From Tubulanus polymorphus (Eukaryota; Animalia; Nemertea), in the NCBI RefSeq assembly GCF_964204645.1, contig NC_134035.1:10944451-11008450 (forward strand): DNA of 64,000 nt, read 5' to 3'. The notes beneath the pieces were generated by a model. It did no database searches. It worked only from the letters and a program-made list of their open reading frames with translations, and was not told the DNA's origin. The position numbers and the translations under genes were made by a program. Shown one piece after another: positions 14,013-27,400 of this stretch (its first letter is position 1; every line of letters begins with the position of its first letter).

Positions 14013-17000
14013 ATGGCCTCGCCAACAAGCGACGTTCACTGTTACCTGGGAACATTTATCCATTGCACGAAAAAACAAACCGAGGTAGAAATCTTGGAAG
14101 ACACGGTCGTTGGCGTTCAGAATGGCAAGGTAAATATGTAAGAACGAACAAAAAACAATAAAAGAAACAGTATCAGCATTGTAAGATCCCACGTAGCTTT
14201 TTCCACTTTTTGTATGCCGTCATCAAAATAAAACTTTGAAATCTAATCAAAATCTGAATTTTCGATTTTTCCTCTAAAACCATTATCAAGGAGCTGATAT
14301 TGATAATGATCTAATTCCTCGATAACGGTTTTTTGAGGAAAACCAAAAATTCGGAATTTTGAATAAATTTCCTACCTGTCGATGTCTTCTTAAATGTTCG
14401 ATGATGATAGAAATGATAATACGGAAGAGCTTTGAGACCATTCTTTAATTATTCTTTATTTACGAATTAAATTACATTAGATTGACATTCTATTCTATAA
14501 AATATGATCCGTTTTTTTTTCGATGAGATAATCGCTATATTCCTTTCCAGTTGTACATAACGAAGCGAAATCATGCAGAATATTCCAATCAGTCAACTTG
14601 ACTGTATAACTAATTTCACCTCGGCCTTGGTGATAAAAACAGTTTAGAAAATGGGCCCACGAAATAGTGTGCGATTTATATGTAATAACCTGGTGAAAGA
14701 CTTCGAATCATTTAGAATTATTCTTTTCGCCCTGGCTTTTAGATTATATTCGTGAAAGAAATTAAACAACTACCACACGTTAGAAAAGAATTCAGCATCC
14801 CCAGTTGTAATGTTCACGCGATGCATTTCGGGTGAGTATCGATTCAACACGACCGTATAACGATGAATTGAACATTTTGCGTTTAAACCTGACCCCAGTT
14901 CCAGACTCGAGTTAACTCCCAGATGAAATCAGTTCATTCTCAGTGGTTTAAACTCTATAGTCAAATTTAGCTCACAACTCTGTGGTACTGGGTGGCTGGA
15001 GGTCGTACAAATAGAATTTCAGTTCCCCTACCTCAACACCTCTCCATCTAGCCTCCCCCTCCCCCATCTAGCCCTCTACCCCTCTCCCTCTACCCCTCTC
15101 CCTTTCTGGCTAATTCTCTTTAAGGAATAATTGTGTCTTCAATATGTCAGGCTAGAAAAACGCTCGTACGATTTTTAACTCTGTTACGAAGAAAATCTGA
15201 TTTTAACGAATACATTTCGCATGTTTGTTCTCTCTATTTTTTCGTGATAGTCAATTCATGATTCCCGGTTTTGTTGACTGTCACGTACACGCATCACAGT
15301 ACGTATTCTGCGGGAGTAATTTAGGATTAGTGTTGTTAGATTGGTTGGAGAAACATACGTTCCCGACCGAGGCAAAATTCGACGATTTAGACTTTGCCGC
15401 GGTTGCCTATACCAAGGCCGTGGTGAGTATGCGTTTTTGAATAAATTGGAACCGAACTAAAACGAGATATTCAATTCGAGATGCAAATCACTTTCTACAC
15501 AATTTAGTAGAAAAAAACTTTGAAAGAAAAGATGAAATTGACCATTTTTTTATTGACATGAATTGACACGAAGCATACCGGATAGTCATCATTATTAAGA
15601 ACGTAGAAATGTGATCATGATTCTGACAGTATTTATAGCAGAACCCAACGCACACGACGCAGGAAAACACGGAATCAACAGACAGAACCGTGTTCTTGTT
15701 TCCCTGTGTCGTGTGCCTGCGTTTCCCTGTGTCGTGTGCCTTCGAGAAAGGAGAAAAACGGTTTCGGGAACAAAGTGTCAGAGATCAAACAAGTTGGCTC
15801 TCGTCGTATTGCTATTTTGACACTGCTTTCACAACATACGGTGCCTTTTTCATTATTTTTAAGGAACGACTGCTTAGAAATGGGACGACGACTTCCTGCT
15901 ATTTCGCCACAATACACACTGATTCAACACTTGCGCTTTGTGATATCATCGGTAAATATACATAAACCAAGATTTGTTTTGATTGGAACGGTAAATATCT
16001 AATTTGCTTTATGTCACTTTTTTAACTATATTTTCGTTTGTTTTGAAGAGGCTTGCGGACAAAGAGCGCTCGTTGGCAAAGTCAATATGGATCGAAATAG
16101 TCCTGATGAGTACACAGAACTTTCTGCGAAAGATTCGCTACTTGAAACAGAGAGGTTCGCATTTTCAGTCAGATTAAAGACTCCTTAAAACACAGAGCTT
16201 GATGTTACACCGAATTCTGCAGTAATTCCACGTTGAGTTTTCTCTATAACTAGTAAGACAACTTTGTCACATTCAGGTTTATCGATGAGATCAGAAGACG
16301 TAATTATCGTCTGGTTGAACCGGTTATAACTCCGCGATTTGTGCCGAATTGTACCGAGGAATTGCAGAATGGATTGGGCGAACTAGCCAAACGATACGAT
16401 CTTTACATCCAGGTACTGAGGAGACAAGCTTCCCGGAGCTTTTGAAACTGTCATTAGTAGCCACAAATTCCACAAAAGAAGATTAGAAAATAGAGGTTTA
16501 CGTTGATATTCACAAAACAGCAGATTTTTTTTCCAGAGTCATCTCAGCGAAACTGAAGCAGAATGTAGATGGGTTAGCGAATTGCATCCAAACTCAAGGG
16601 ACTATGTGTCCGTGTATGATAAAGCCGGTTTACTCACCAATAAAGTATGACTTACAAATACATCGTTGTGCATCAGGTCGCACTTACACGGTTATCAGTG
16701 TTTGGAGTCAAATTACTTGTTCATTTCCAAATTATCTATTTCCAAATGTAAAATGTTCGATTAAATCCCGTTTCAGATTATGTAGGAATTAATCGTGTGT
16801 ATCGATTGTTGTTCATTCAGACGGTTATGGCTCACGGTATACATCTATCGGACGAAGAATTGGATCTGATGAAGATGCGAGGAGTAGCAATCGCCCATTG
16901 CCCCAACTCAAATATCAGCTTACGCAGCGGCATGTTGGACGCAAGGAAGATTCTAGATCGGGGCATGAAAATTGGACTTGGGACAGGTATAGGAGACATT

Positions 17001-18702
17001 GATTTTTCTCCAATTGTATTAGGTTTAGAACAGAAATAACGGAAAAGCTCATTGGTATCGTAACTCCACCAGGGGTTAGCTGCTCGAAAGTTCGTTAAAG
17101 TTTACCATCGGATAAATACTATAATAACAATGCAGTTGATTGTCACTATTCAGTTGCCCACTGGTTAACTCCATTCTTTTAGCAACTGGCCCCTGGACTT
17201 ATGATAGATAGACAATTGTTTAAACTGTAACTCTGAAACGAATTAATGTGTTATTAAGAATTATTAATTAGTTATTCCTGAATTTCTTCTACTTAGATTT
17301 AGCCGGTGGTTACCACCCATCTATACTCGACGCTATGAGAAACGCAATTGCCGTTTCTAACATCCTCAGCGTTCAGAAAGGCGATGACTACCGCCCCCTG
17401 GTGTACCAGGACGTCTTCCGTTTAGCAACACTAGGCGGTGCTGAAGGTAAGTGAGAGATAGAAATGATAGATTATGCTTCGCTCGTAATGTTTTAGGTGA
17501 TGAATTATATTTTGTTTTTGATTGCACTCTACTTAATGAAATCCTTGAACTCAATCTGAATTTGAACTCTTTTTGGCAATCTTGATATTTACAAAACCCA
17601 ACAACCCAGGTAGTTAATATAATGTAAATGGAGTACGTATGTACTTTTAATAACTTTGTCATACTTTTTGCGAAGAGTTCATGCGAAGAGTTTATATTTC
17701 CTGTTGTTTTGTAGATATTGTACATATTTCATGGCCTCCCTCCATACACCGTGGAAACGTTTGGAATTTAAATGGATTCTTAATCCATAATTCCTAATTC
17801 CTAGAATATCGTTTTGTAATAGATCAACTAACCGTCGACGAAAGTACAATTAAAATGTTCAAATCTATGAAGTCCATAATAAGATTATTATTCTCATATA
17901 TATTAACAGCCTTGTGTATGGATGAACGATTGGGCAGCTTCGAGGTCGGTAAAGAATTCGACGCACTGCTCATCGACCCGCATACGAACTATTCCGGCAT
18001 CGATGCTTTCGACGGTGATTTTCACCAAGAAATGTTCCAGAAGTTTCTTTTCTTAGGTTCGTGTGAGATAAGACTCAAGTTATATCAGAATTGAAATTCT
18101 TGAAATACGTACAGTTGAATGGTTAGCTTCCGAACTGAACCGGTCAAGCAGCAGCCAATGCCCAACGTTTGTATTACGCTACCTCGGCATTGCTCATCTT
18201 GTTCATTAAGCATCATCACTAATGATCATAATCATCCATGGTTAGTAGATATAACTCATGTATTGTGTCCGTTTCGGGCCACGTGTATATTTTTATCATC
18301 TAAGAACTCACAATAAAAACAATGTCTTGTGCGCTTGTATTATATATTGTAGGGCTTTAAAATCTATTTTCGCGTTCTCGTGCAGATAGCAATATACACG
18401 TGACCAGAATACGACACTTAATAGTGTAACTTCAAATGAATATATCATTTCTCTAAACAGGCGACGATCGGAATATAATCGAGGTTTACGTACAAGGCCG
18501 CAAAATTTGGCCGCAACCCGGCAGAATGACCGCCGATTCGCGATTGACTTCGTGCAGTCTGACCGACGGTACTGAGTTCTCGGCCCCGGTTTGCTCGTGC
18601 GGCGACGTCGACCCCGAAAATAAAACTAAAGGTCGCTTCAGTTCGATTCGACGGGACAGCGATTTCAACCTAGCCCCAAAGACAAGTGTCAACGGTGAAT
18701 AG
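14013..18702 (+). CDS. GDA: Guanine deaminase (amidohydrolase superfamily), 11 coding exons, ~506 aa
   Basis: Exons 14013-14129, 14743-14831, 15251-15422, 15864-15951, 16049-16154, 16277-16412, 16537-16644, 16821-16986, 17297-17446, 17910-18056 and 18461-18702 join with GT-AG and compatible phases (1521 nt). The translation has GDA motifs: GTFIHC, PGFVDCHVHASQY (metal HxH), LLDWLEKHTFPTE, NGTTTSCYFATIH, GQRALVGKVNMD, VITPRF, SHLSE, MAHGIHL, HCPNSN, GLGTD, ATLGGA, FEVGKEFDAL and GDDRNIIEVYV. Confidence 0.95.
14238..14371. mobile_element. Palindromic MITE-like element in a GDA intron
   Basis: Imperfect inverted arms, aaaatctgaattttcga..ttttcctctaaaaccattatcaagga and tcctcgataacggttttttgaggaaaaccaaaaattcggaatttt. 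Confidence 0.6.
17069..17196. mobile_element. MITE with CCAGGGG...CCCCTGG termini in a GDA intron
   Basis: Imperfect TIRs ccaggggttagctgctcgaaag / cttttagcaactggcccctgg. A related end, aagcaactggcccctg, lies at about 33963-33978. Confidence 0.6.
18265..18417. mobile_element. Inverted-repeat element in the last GDA intron
   Basis: gtgtccgtttcgggccacgtgtatatt pairs imperfectly with aatatacacgtgaccagaatacgacac. Confidence 0.5.
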
Positions 18703-18881
18703 GCCAAGAAGAAGGAAGTGACCAATAAATATTCGTATACACGAATATTCATGTTCGTGTCTGTTGCATGTTTCGTCCACAAGAAAAAATATTCGTCCAC
18801 AAGAAAAAATCTCAGGGATAGTCAGACATTTTTTTTTAAAGTCTTGCCTGAAATGTAACCGTGCTACTATGTTTAGAAGTA

Positions 18882-18887
18882 AATAAA
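18882..18887 (+). promoter_or_regulatory. Candidate polyadenylation signal of GDA
   Basis: AATAAA ~180 nt after the stop, followed by a T/GT-rich stretch. Another AATAAA lies at 18724. Confidence 0.4.
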
Positions 18888-19991
18888 TAAATGTCCATGT
18901 ATTTATGTTTTATCTGTACTAACGGTCTATTGCGTTCATTAGGATATGCATGACGCTTTAATGACGGCTGAGACGCATTATGTAAATCACTAATTATATT
19001 TCTCTTTATCTAGTCGGCTTATCTAAATTTTTATGGCGTCTGATTCATTCCAAATTTAAAGAACGATATGACACTTCAATCTTCATGAATTTATCTTTCA
19101 TGTAACATGGAAACGCCGCGTTAGAACCTCGTCTTTTTCGCCTTAACGCCACGTTAGAGAAACGACTTTTTTCGTTTCGTCGCCACACGTCAAACCAACT
19201 TTTCATAATCTAAAAAATGGTGGTGATTGTGCCTCTTCCTTTATACGACCCGAAGCCGCCATAAAATAAAAAGCTGGCTTTAACGTGCCGTAAGACGACG
19301 ATTTTTAACGAAAATTTGTTCGTGTATAATGTAAAAAAGAATCGGTTGAGATTTGAGTGTCTATGATTTTTTTCTATTTGGTCCGAATCGAGCCGTCTTA
19401 ATAGTCTTTACTCTAGATTTAATTTCGATATTTTCTGGCGGAGCTCGAACGTAGATTTCTATCACGAAATCGATTTTGACGATGGAATAAGTAGCGATTC
19501 GCGTGAAACGTGTCGCGTCTGGTGAAGCAGAGTCGTCCTATAGACCGAGAGATAAGACCAGATGTCTGTGACACGTTCGTGCGGCAGGTTTTTTGTCGGT
19601 TCGCTTATGTAAACGTCTTTCGTTCGATTAGGATTATTCACCATATAAAGGTAATACACTTTCGAAAGGTTATAGTTATAAAGTCAGCCTGCTCTAGAAA
19701 ACAGTATACGGTATTTTTGTCAATGGCTGACAACAATCCTCAATCGATAGATCAGATCCCATACGTAGTTTACGAAAATGCCTATACTAATGTGCTCATT
19801 CATCGCCCTACCCTTGTTTAGATATAACGTAGTGAACAAGTACCACACAGAACCACTTTTCTAAAAAATCATATCACAAGAAGATACAATTCAATAGACA
19901 AAGTAATTTCTCTCTTGAATAGATCTTTGCGATAGATGATACTCACCTCAAGTCTGAATTTACTAAGAGTAAAATTGCACAATAGATGAAT

Positions 19992-20153
19992 TGATAGCTA
20001 AAAAGTTTATCAGAAAACTAGAAATATTTCGGGTGGTTTCTTTCTATACCACCGTTCTTCAGTCTAGAAGTTTTAGACCCTTTTCAGACTGAAGAAGGGT
20101 GATCGAAACCACCCGAAATATTTTTATCATTTTCATAAACTATCTAGCCATCA
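19992..20153. mobile_element. Inverted repeat carrying minimal hammerhead-like cores on both strands (Penelope-like pLTR remnant)
   Basis: On the + strand at 20089-20121: CTGAAGA-A-GGGTG-atcgaaac-CACCC-GAAATAT. On the - strand: CTGAAGA-AC-GGTGGT-loop-ACCACC-C-GAAATAT. The flanks are also inverted. Confidence 0.55.
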
Positions 20154-21482
20154 GTGTTGTGGGATTTAGCTCGTATCGTTTCACCTGAATTTACTATCTA
20201 CATCTACTATGGGTGGTGTATATTTTTTCTTCAAAAAGAGAGACTATTCGTGAATTAATTTTACTTCATCGTGAAATCATAGCAATAACAACAGAGTTTA
20301 CCATAAGGTATTGATTCCTGCACGAATTACTGGTACCGTACACATAATCTCAGCTGGGATACAACATCTATTTTAGATGACAAAGCATCCAAGCCATTTC
20401 TCCTATATACGGAGTACATGGTCGATTAGATGAATTCAATTAAAGCTCTCATATTAATATGCGGACGTCAGAATGTTTAATAAATTGATAAGAATTCACA
20501 GAGACAAGATGAGAACCGTTGAATATCCATCGATTCGATAATAACGCGAGAATATCGTGCGGACCTGATAAACTGGATAAAACCTGGAATAATCGATGGA
20601 AAGGATTAACTCTAAACCGATCGCGTAGTCGTATAGGAGATTTCGTAATCTCGAGCAAACATGAAATAACGCCAACTGTACTACTTGATGACGAATCAAT
20701 CAGACTAACTGCGATCATAAATTGTAGACAATCACGCCCGAAATCAAGTAGGCGCGATCGGTCCACAGGTCCACACATCGGTCCACAGAAAAATGATAAT
20801 AATGATGATAACGATGATTATTTTCTACACAGCAGTCTCTGCAAATAAATAATACCTGCTATTGTTCATGCATCTCTCATACCACATACATAACGTATAA
20901 CAGCCTCAAAATACATATTTTAGTCACCTTTTTCACTATTTTCTTCAGACCCTTCCTCCCACGCTTTCGGAAATATCGGTTTTTCCAATGTCATAAAAGG
21001 TTCACTAAGTCGTACCCCTATCAAGACAGTGCCTGTTGCTGTGGATATAGACTCCGGTGAAAGGTCATTTCTACAATGCATTTAAAATATCAATTGACAC
21101 AATAATAATCAAAGCTGTACTAATATTACAAGCGTTGTTTTAAATAAGCTTTTGTATTTTTGAATATATTTTTTGCAGCATTCTCGGTGATCTGATGAGC
21201 ATACGATGATCGCAGGTGATCATCTATTTTCTATATATTATAGAAATATACCACACGATGTAATATTAATATCGTAATACGCGACAGTACGTACAATAAT
21301 TATCAGTAACAGAAGCTCCCGTCGCGAGTTCGGGAGAGGATTACAAGCGATGAGCTGATTAACATTTTCTAGAGGTCTAACGCTGAAGACAAAACTATTT
21401 CATTACGATATTCCCTACAGAACGGATAAGCTAAGTCGATAAAATGAAAACACGAATATGCGTATAACTGTGCCATGAGAAA

Positions 21483-24400
21483 ATGAGAGTCGGTTGTCTC
21501 ATTCCGGCGACTTTGGGAATCGTAGCCGTCGTATCGATGTTTCTGTTTTTTACAGGTAAGTCATGTTTCTAGCGTGAGTATATCATGAATTCGTAGTTAA
21601 GTTAGTTGTGTGGATTAATATATAATGTGTAGATCGATATTGCTGTGATTTTAGTACAGTACCCTTCAGAAGCACCGGTGTGTAGATGATAAGAAGCCTA
21701 ACACTTTTCATCGATGTTCTATTCTACAGCTTTGTACAGAGATCAAATATTCAAATCCATACTGAACGACGTCTTCAAGAAATTGGAGCGCGGTGAAATG
21801 AAAACCTCGAATGGAAACAGACACGATCGTGTGGATAAGCCTATCGCTTTTCAAGAAGTAGCATCGGGACCGAATAGTGATAAGAATAATGCGAATATCA
21901 AAATGACTCCTCAGAATTCAACCCAAACGGTCGAAAGTGGTAAGGAATGTATTCAGAATTCGGTGCTGGTTTTGTCATTCCATTTTCATCATCACGGTGG
22001 TGGTAGTGGTAGTAGTGGTCGTAATGGTTTCTTTTGTTCGGAAAAGGGACGTCACTTCTGCAACCTTCAAACTGCTACTCCCATAGATTGCTTAATTACT
22101 TCGTCTTTCCCTTCACCGAATTTTACTTTCGCCTGCTGTCTCTTCTTCCCTCGGCGGCGAATTATTGACATTCACATCTTCCTTCCGTGTACGAACACAA
22201 TACTACACCGCGAAACCTTCTACAGAAGAACAATCATTAGATCGACAGCACAAGAAAATGTATTTACGTTGTTCACAGCTGGCGTCGCTGCCTATGACGA
22301 CAAGTTGATGGCACGATACGCGCCTGATGGTACGACTCATCCAGGCGTTGTTGTTTCTCGACGGTGTCTATTATCGCTAACAGCAGATGTTACCCGAATA
22401 CCTAAAACAAAGCTAGCAGGCGTTTTCTTAATTGTGAAAAATGACAAAACGTTTGCGACAGATCAGCAGCCGATATATGAGCCATTCAGTCCTGTGGTGA
22501 AGTGCTTCTACGAACCAAGTTGTATGTTGTCTGTGCAATTTTTTAGAAAAAAATATTTCGTATTTCACAATATGCGACACAACTCGCGGATATCTTTTCC
22601 AACGAGCTGGCCCGCTGCCAGTAACACCAGTGAACCGTATGTCGTATCGGCAGCGTCAGCCATGCACTCACGCGCCATTCTCGGACATCTGGCAGACGTT
22701 TACAACTATTTAAAAAGACTTCTTCTATCGGTGTCTTCCAATGCCTCGCCAGTGTCTTCGAGCATCAACTTGCCTTCAACTCCATCTATATCATCGCATA
22801 TTACTTCATTGTCTTCGTCTAATGTACCAACAGCAAGCACCGCCACACAACATACGTCAGCAGCAAAAGACATCCCCTATCGCGATCAAAAGTATTTTAA
22901 GGCTAGAAAACTAAAAGAATTCAACGCATCTCCCAGTGACATTGATTTGGATAAAGTCACTCGTACTAAGGATCTGACCAGCGACGTCAACATACAGTCT
23001 TCAAAACTGGAAAATAGCTTCATAACTGAAAAGGAAAATGTGCAGCTTTTCAAGACGACTACATTACAAGAGGTATTCATGACCTACGACGATTCGAAGA
23101 CGAAACATACATACGATTTGCCTCTTGAGGTTATGACGTATCCTGTTTCCGAAACTGATACAGCCAGTTCCTCTGGTATCATAGAAGAGGCTTCGACAAT
23201 GATATTTACATCACGAGTTGCATCGTCTACATCACTGTCTGATACTAAAGAAGCTCAGCTCAGCTCCACGCCCCTCAGTTCGTCGGGCGGTAAAGCCATC
23301 AATTTGCCCATTGATTTGAGAAACTATCTGTGCAATAACTTATCCATCCCAATCGGCAAGGCAGTTGCCCAACTTCTTTCAACAAGTCCAGTAGACAGTA
23401 GTTTTGAATTTCTATCTGAGATGTATTCGACAACATCGACTACGTTATACGAGTCAAGCCGATCGATTCCGATAAAGAGCAGGATACTAAACAGTATCGA
23501 CTATTCGTTATACATGGAATTCGAATCTTTAAAACTCCAACTGCGTTATACGTCGACTCATTTTCCTCACAGAGGCAACTCTCAGTTTGACTTACAGCAG
23601 TCGGTTTCAAATTCGCAGCTTTTGGAACGCTCAGTTTTTCAATCGACGTTTAATGATATCCAGCCGACAAAATCCCATGTTGATAAGTCAGCCAAACCTG
23701 GAAAGTCTACAACATCTGATCCATCACATTTAATATCTACGTCACTCTACCCATACTCACCAATAGCCCAAAGCACTCGACCCTTAATGGCTCCAATTAC
23801 AACTTCACAAATGCCAATGTTTATTACGTCAACTCAGGGGGATGGTTCGATTCGGTCTGATATCCACTCGTTATCAAGCGTAACTGGAGTCGGGATGCCT
23901 TCAACGTTAGAAACATCTACTGACTATGCTGACTCTATAACATCTAATGACTTATCGATGGAAAAATCATTTCTAATCACGCAGAGTCAGAGAGGGCCGA
24001 CAAAATCGTCGTTGCAATTTTCATCGGTTCCATCTTCTCGAGAACAACTATTCCCAACAGGCCAAATGCCTTACCAAGGTAGCCCATCACCTGTGTTAGA
24101 AATCAGCACGTCGATAAAATCTATTTCCCAAGAACAAACCAGCAAGCAAGATATGTCAATTTCATTTCTTTCAAAACCAACACAAATGCCTGAGGCTACA
24201 AAGCAGATTAGCGCATTAGTAACAGAATCTTATATTACATCATCACCCTCTCATACCAGTACACTCGCATTCACAAAATCTAGTTCTATATTTGACACAT
24301 CCAGCACAACGGCAACACAGATATCAGTGGTCCCTACGCGAACCAGCTCACCCGTTACCTCTAAAAACAGTGCAGAAACGTTTATTTCAACACTATCTTC

Positions 24401-27400
24401 TCAAACTAGTACACTCGCATTTATAATATCTAGTTCTATATATCCACGACAAGACACATCCAGTATTTCAACGATAGAAATGTCAGTAGTTCCTACGCGA
24501 ACCAGCTCATCAGTGACCTCTAAAATCAGTGCAGTAACGTATAATTCAACATCATCTACTCAAATCAGTACAATCACATTGACAGGATCTAGTTCCATAT
24601 TTCCACGACAAGACACATCCAGCACTTCGACAATAGAAATCTCAGTGATTCCTTCTCAAATCAGTTCATCGGTGAAAAACAACGCAGAAACGTATATTTC
24701 AGCATCATATTCTCAATCCAGTACATTCGAATTGACAGGATTTAGTTCTATATTTCCACAAGACACATCTAGCAGTTTGACAACATGGACATCAGTAGAT
24801 CCAACGCGAACCAGCTCATCGGTAACCTCGAGCTCAGTGATTTTGCTACAAACTAGCCTTTCATCTTCTAACCAAGGTGTTTCGGAATCACATATGATTT
24901 CAGGAACGGCTCTCGAAACGAACACAACAGTTGGTCTGAACCTGGTACCATCACAGGATATAGCTAATGAAATTTCTCAAACTATAACTGAGTCGGTGAT
25001 GAGTCAAACAAACAATATGACAGTATTATCTTCATCTATATTCTATTCATCCAGGAATAAAGCGACGTTGTATACCATGAACCCAGATATGGAAAAAGAA
25101 GACACTGTCTCAGTGATTTCACCCGCTGCATCGATAAATTCTGATTTTTCGTCGACAGTATCAGAGTTTTCAACACGCAGCGTGGTGATCTCTACTGATA
25201 CAGATAACCGAATTGAATACCAAAATCATAGCACCAGTTCCCATATACCAACTACAACAACACCGTCTTCGTCAAAAGAGAGAACAACATCCCCAACAAC
25301 TTCGGAATTCCTAACGAGGGATGTCCCTTTATTAACAAAACTAGTCCTGACGCAGAATTTAAGTATGTTACCTATAGCTACAACTGAACAATATTCAATA
25401 GAATCCTCGCTAATTCATTCTCAATCAACGATAGAGACCCCATATATATACACTAGCACCTCACCGGATACGACCTTCAGTAGTATAGAGAGCTCGCTAC
25501 ATAGCCAACCATCATCTACAGTCGCAAGTCAAAAAACTAATATGAAATCAACCTCTAGTGAAATAAACCTCCTATCGCTCGATCAGTACAGTTCCTCGAT
25601 AGGAAATTCTTCAAGTAGGATTAGTAAGATAGATCCAACATACATCACTTCGTCATCAATACTTAAACCTACAAGTACGGATAAAACCGATTTTCTTGCT
25701 CATACTAGTACATGGTTTATAATGAGAAATGCGTCACTTTCAGATCAGCCGACTGACAATTCAACCAGTAATAGATCAACTTTATCATCAATATTTTCAA
25801 CAACCACATACTCTTCATTATCACACCCTACTAAACCTATTGACGACATTTCCCAAATCTTCACGCAGCACGCTTCATACTTGAACCCGAGCTTTCTGGA
25901 AGTACCTACAACAACTCTTTTGGTCCGATCCTCAATTACCGAGACTCCGGATCAGATACGCAGTTTGAGTAGTAAGGGTGTATCATTAGTTACTTCGTCA
26001 CTCCTAATGAAACAGACCATAAGTGATGATACCTTCGACTCCATCAGTCCAACGCCTATTCATTCAGGGCCGTCCATTCGATCATCGCTTTCTTCAATAT
26101 CGATTACATCTTCGATGTCTCTATCTCATACGATACAGGGTAGTGTTAGTTCAACAGAAAAGGTTATATCTGGCGGTTCTTCGTCCATAACTAGTACGTC
26201 TGAAAGTCTATTAGTACAAAGTTCTTTTAGAACAACAGCTACGCTTTCGCTACGAAAGTCGAATCTGTCCGTAGTTATTACACAAAATGTTTCGCCGTCT
26301 CTGAAGAGCTCTTCGATTTGGCAATCAATACCAACTGGTAAAAAGACATCGATCGTTCCGACGTTTATTGCTACATTGGCGGCTGCGTCGGATCAAACGA
26401 TTTCACAAAAATCGGTAGGCCTACTCTCGACACAAATAAAATCTGTAAGACGCAGTTTCGCTTCAACATTGACTGTGTCGTCAAGCCTGGTAGATCATAA
26501 TACTATATCACAGATGCCCATCGATACAAAAACAGCATCACCAGCGTCGTATAGTAAATCGTCAATTCAGGCAAGCACCGACACAACTCCATTGACAACT
26601 GAAACCCCCAACATGACGCAAACTTCAAGATCATCGTCCGTCTTGATTACACCAACAACGCAATCTCCGCGTGTCTCACCGACGCAAAGAGAATCCAGTG
26701 AAGAGATTTCGCCCAAGGAAACCTCGACTGCGATCGTGACAATAGTTCATCCAAGTACAACCGATACGCTCATCATGACGCAAATCACTAAAACATCGTC
26801 GAATTATTCTACCTCAATGATTGATTCTGAATACGCGCAGACGATTGTCTCGACTACGATCCGTCCTTCTCCTTCCCACACGCAATCGTCATCTTCCTCC
26901 TTGATATCTATATCAACCCCACCTATTGTACCCGTCAGTGATCTATTACGAGTGATGGTATCCGTCGAACCAACGGAAAACATTCTCAGTTCAAAGTTCG
27001 GACAAACTATTGAATCAGGTAATACCTTTCGATTAACTCCAGTATTTATTGAATGTATTGCAATTTGCATCTGCATATCATAAAAGCGTAAGATTCGATA
27101 ACCTTAGGATACATGTACACGAAATAGTCGTCAGTTAAATGTAGACTATATATAGATAAACAATTTCCAATCAACCAAATCTAATGCTCACATTCTACTT
27201 ACTTTTTACCAGTAATAAAGGTCAGTTTTAATAACAGTTCATTGCTTAATTCAATTCATTTTGTTTACCTCTGATTTAAAGTTAGGCTGCCCTGTAGACT
27301 CAGGCTTTTGATTTTACTCAGCCTAAATATATGTTTATCTTCATCTTAATGGAAAGGATTGCGACTGCTTTACATAAAAGCACTTGCAAAACTACGGCGT

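Noticed and set aside
21961-22086. Alternative-frame poly-Val TM-like stretch (SIFIITVVVVVVVVVMVSFVRKR)
   Set aside because: It arises from a GTG/GTA microsatellite-like run, with no upstream ATG or splice entry in that frame.
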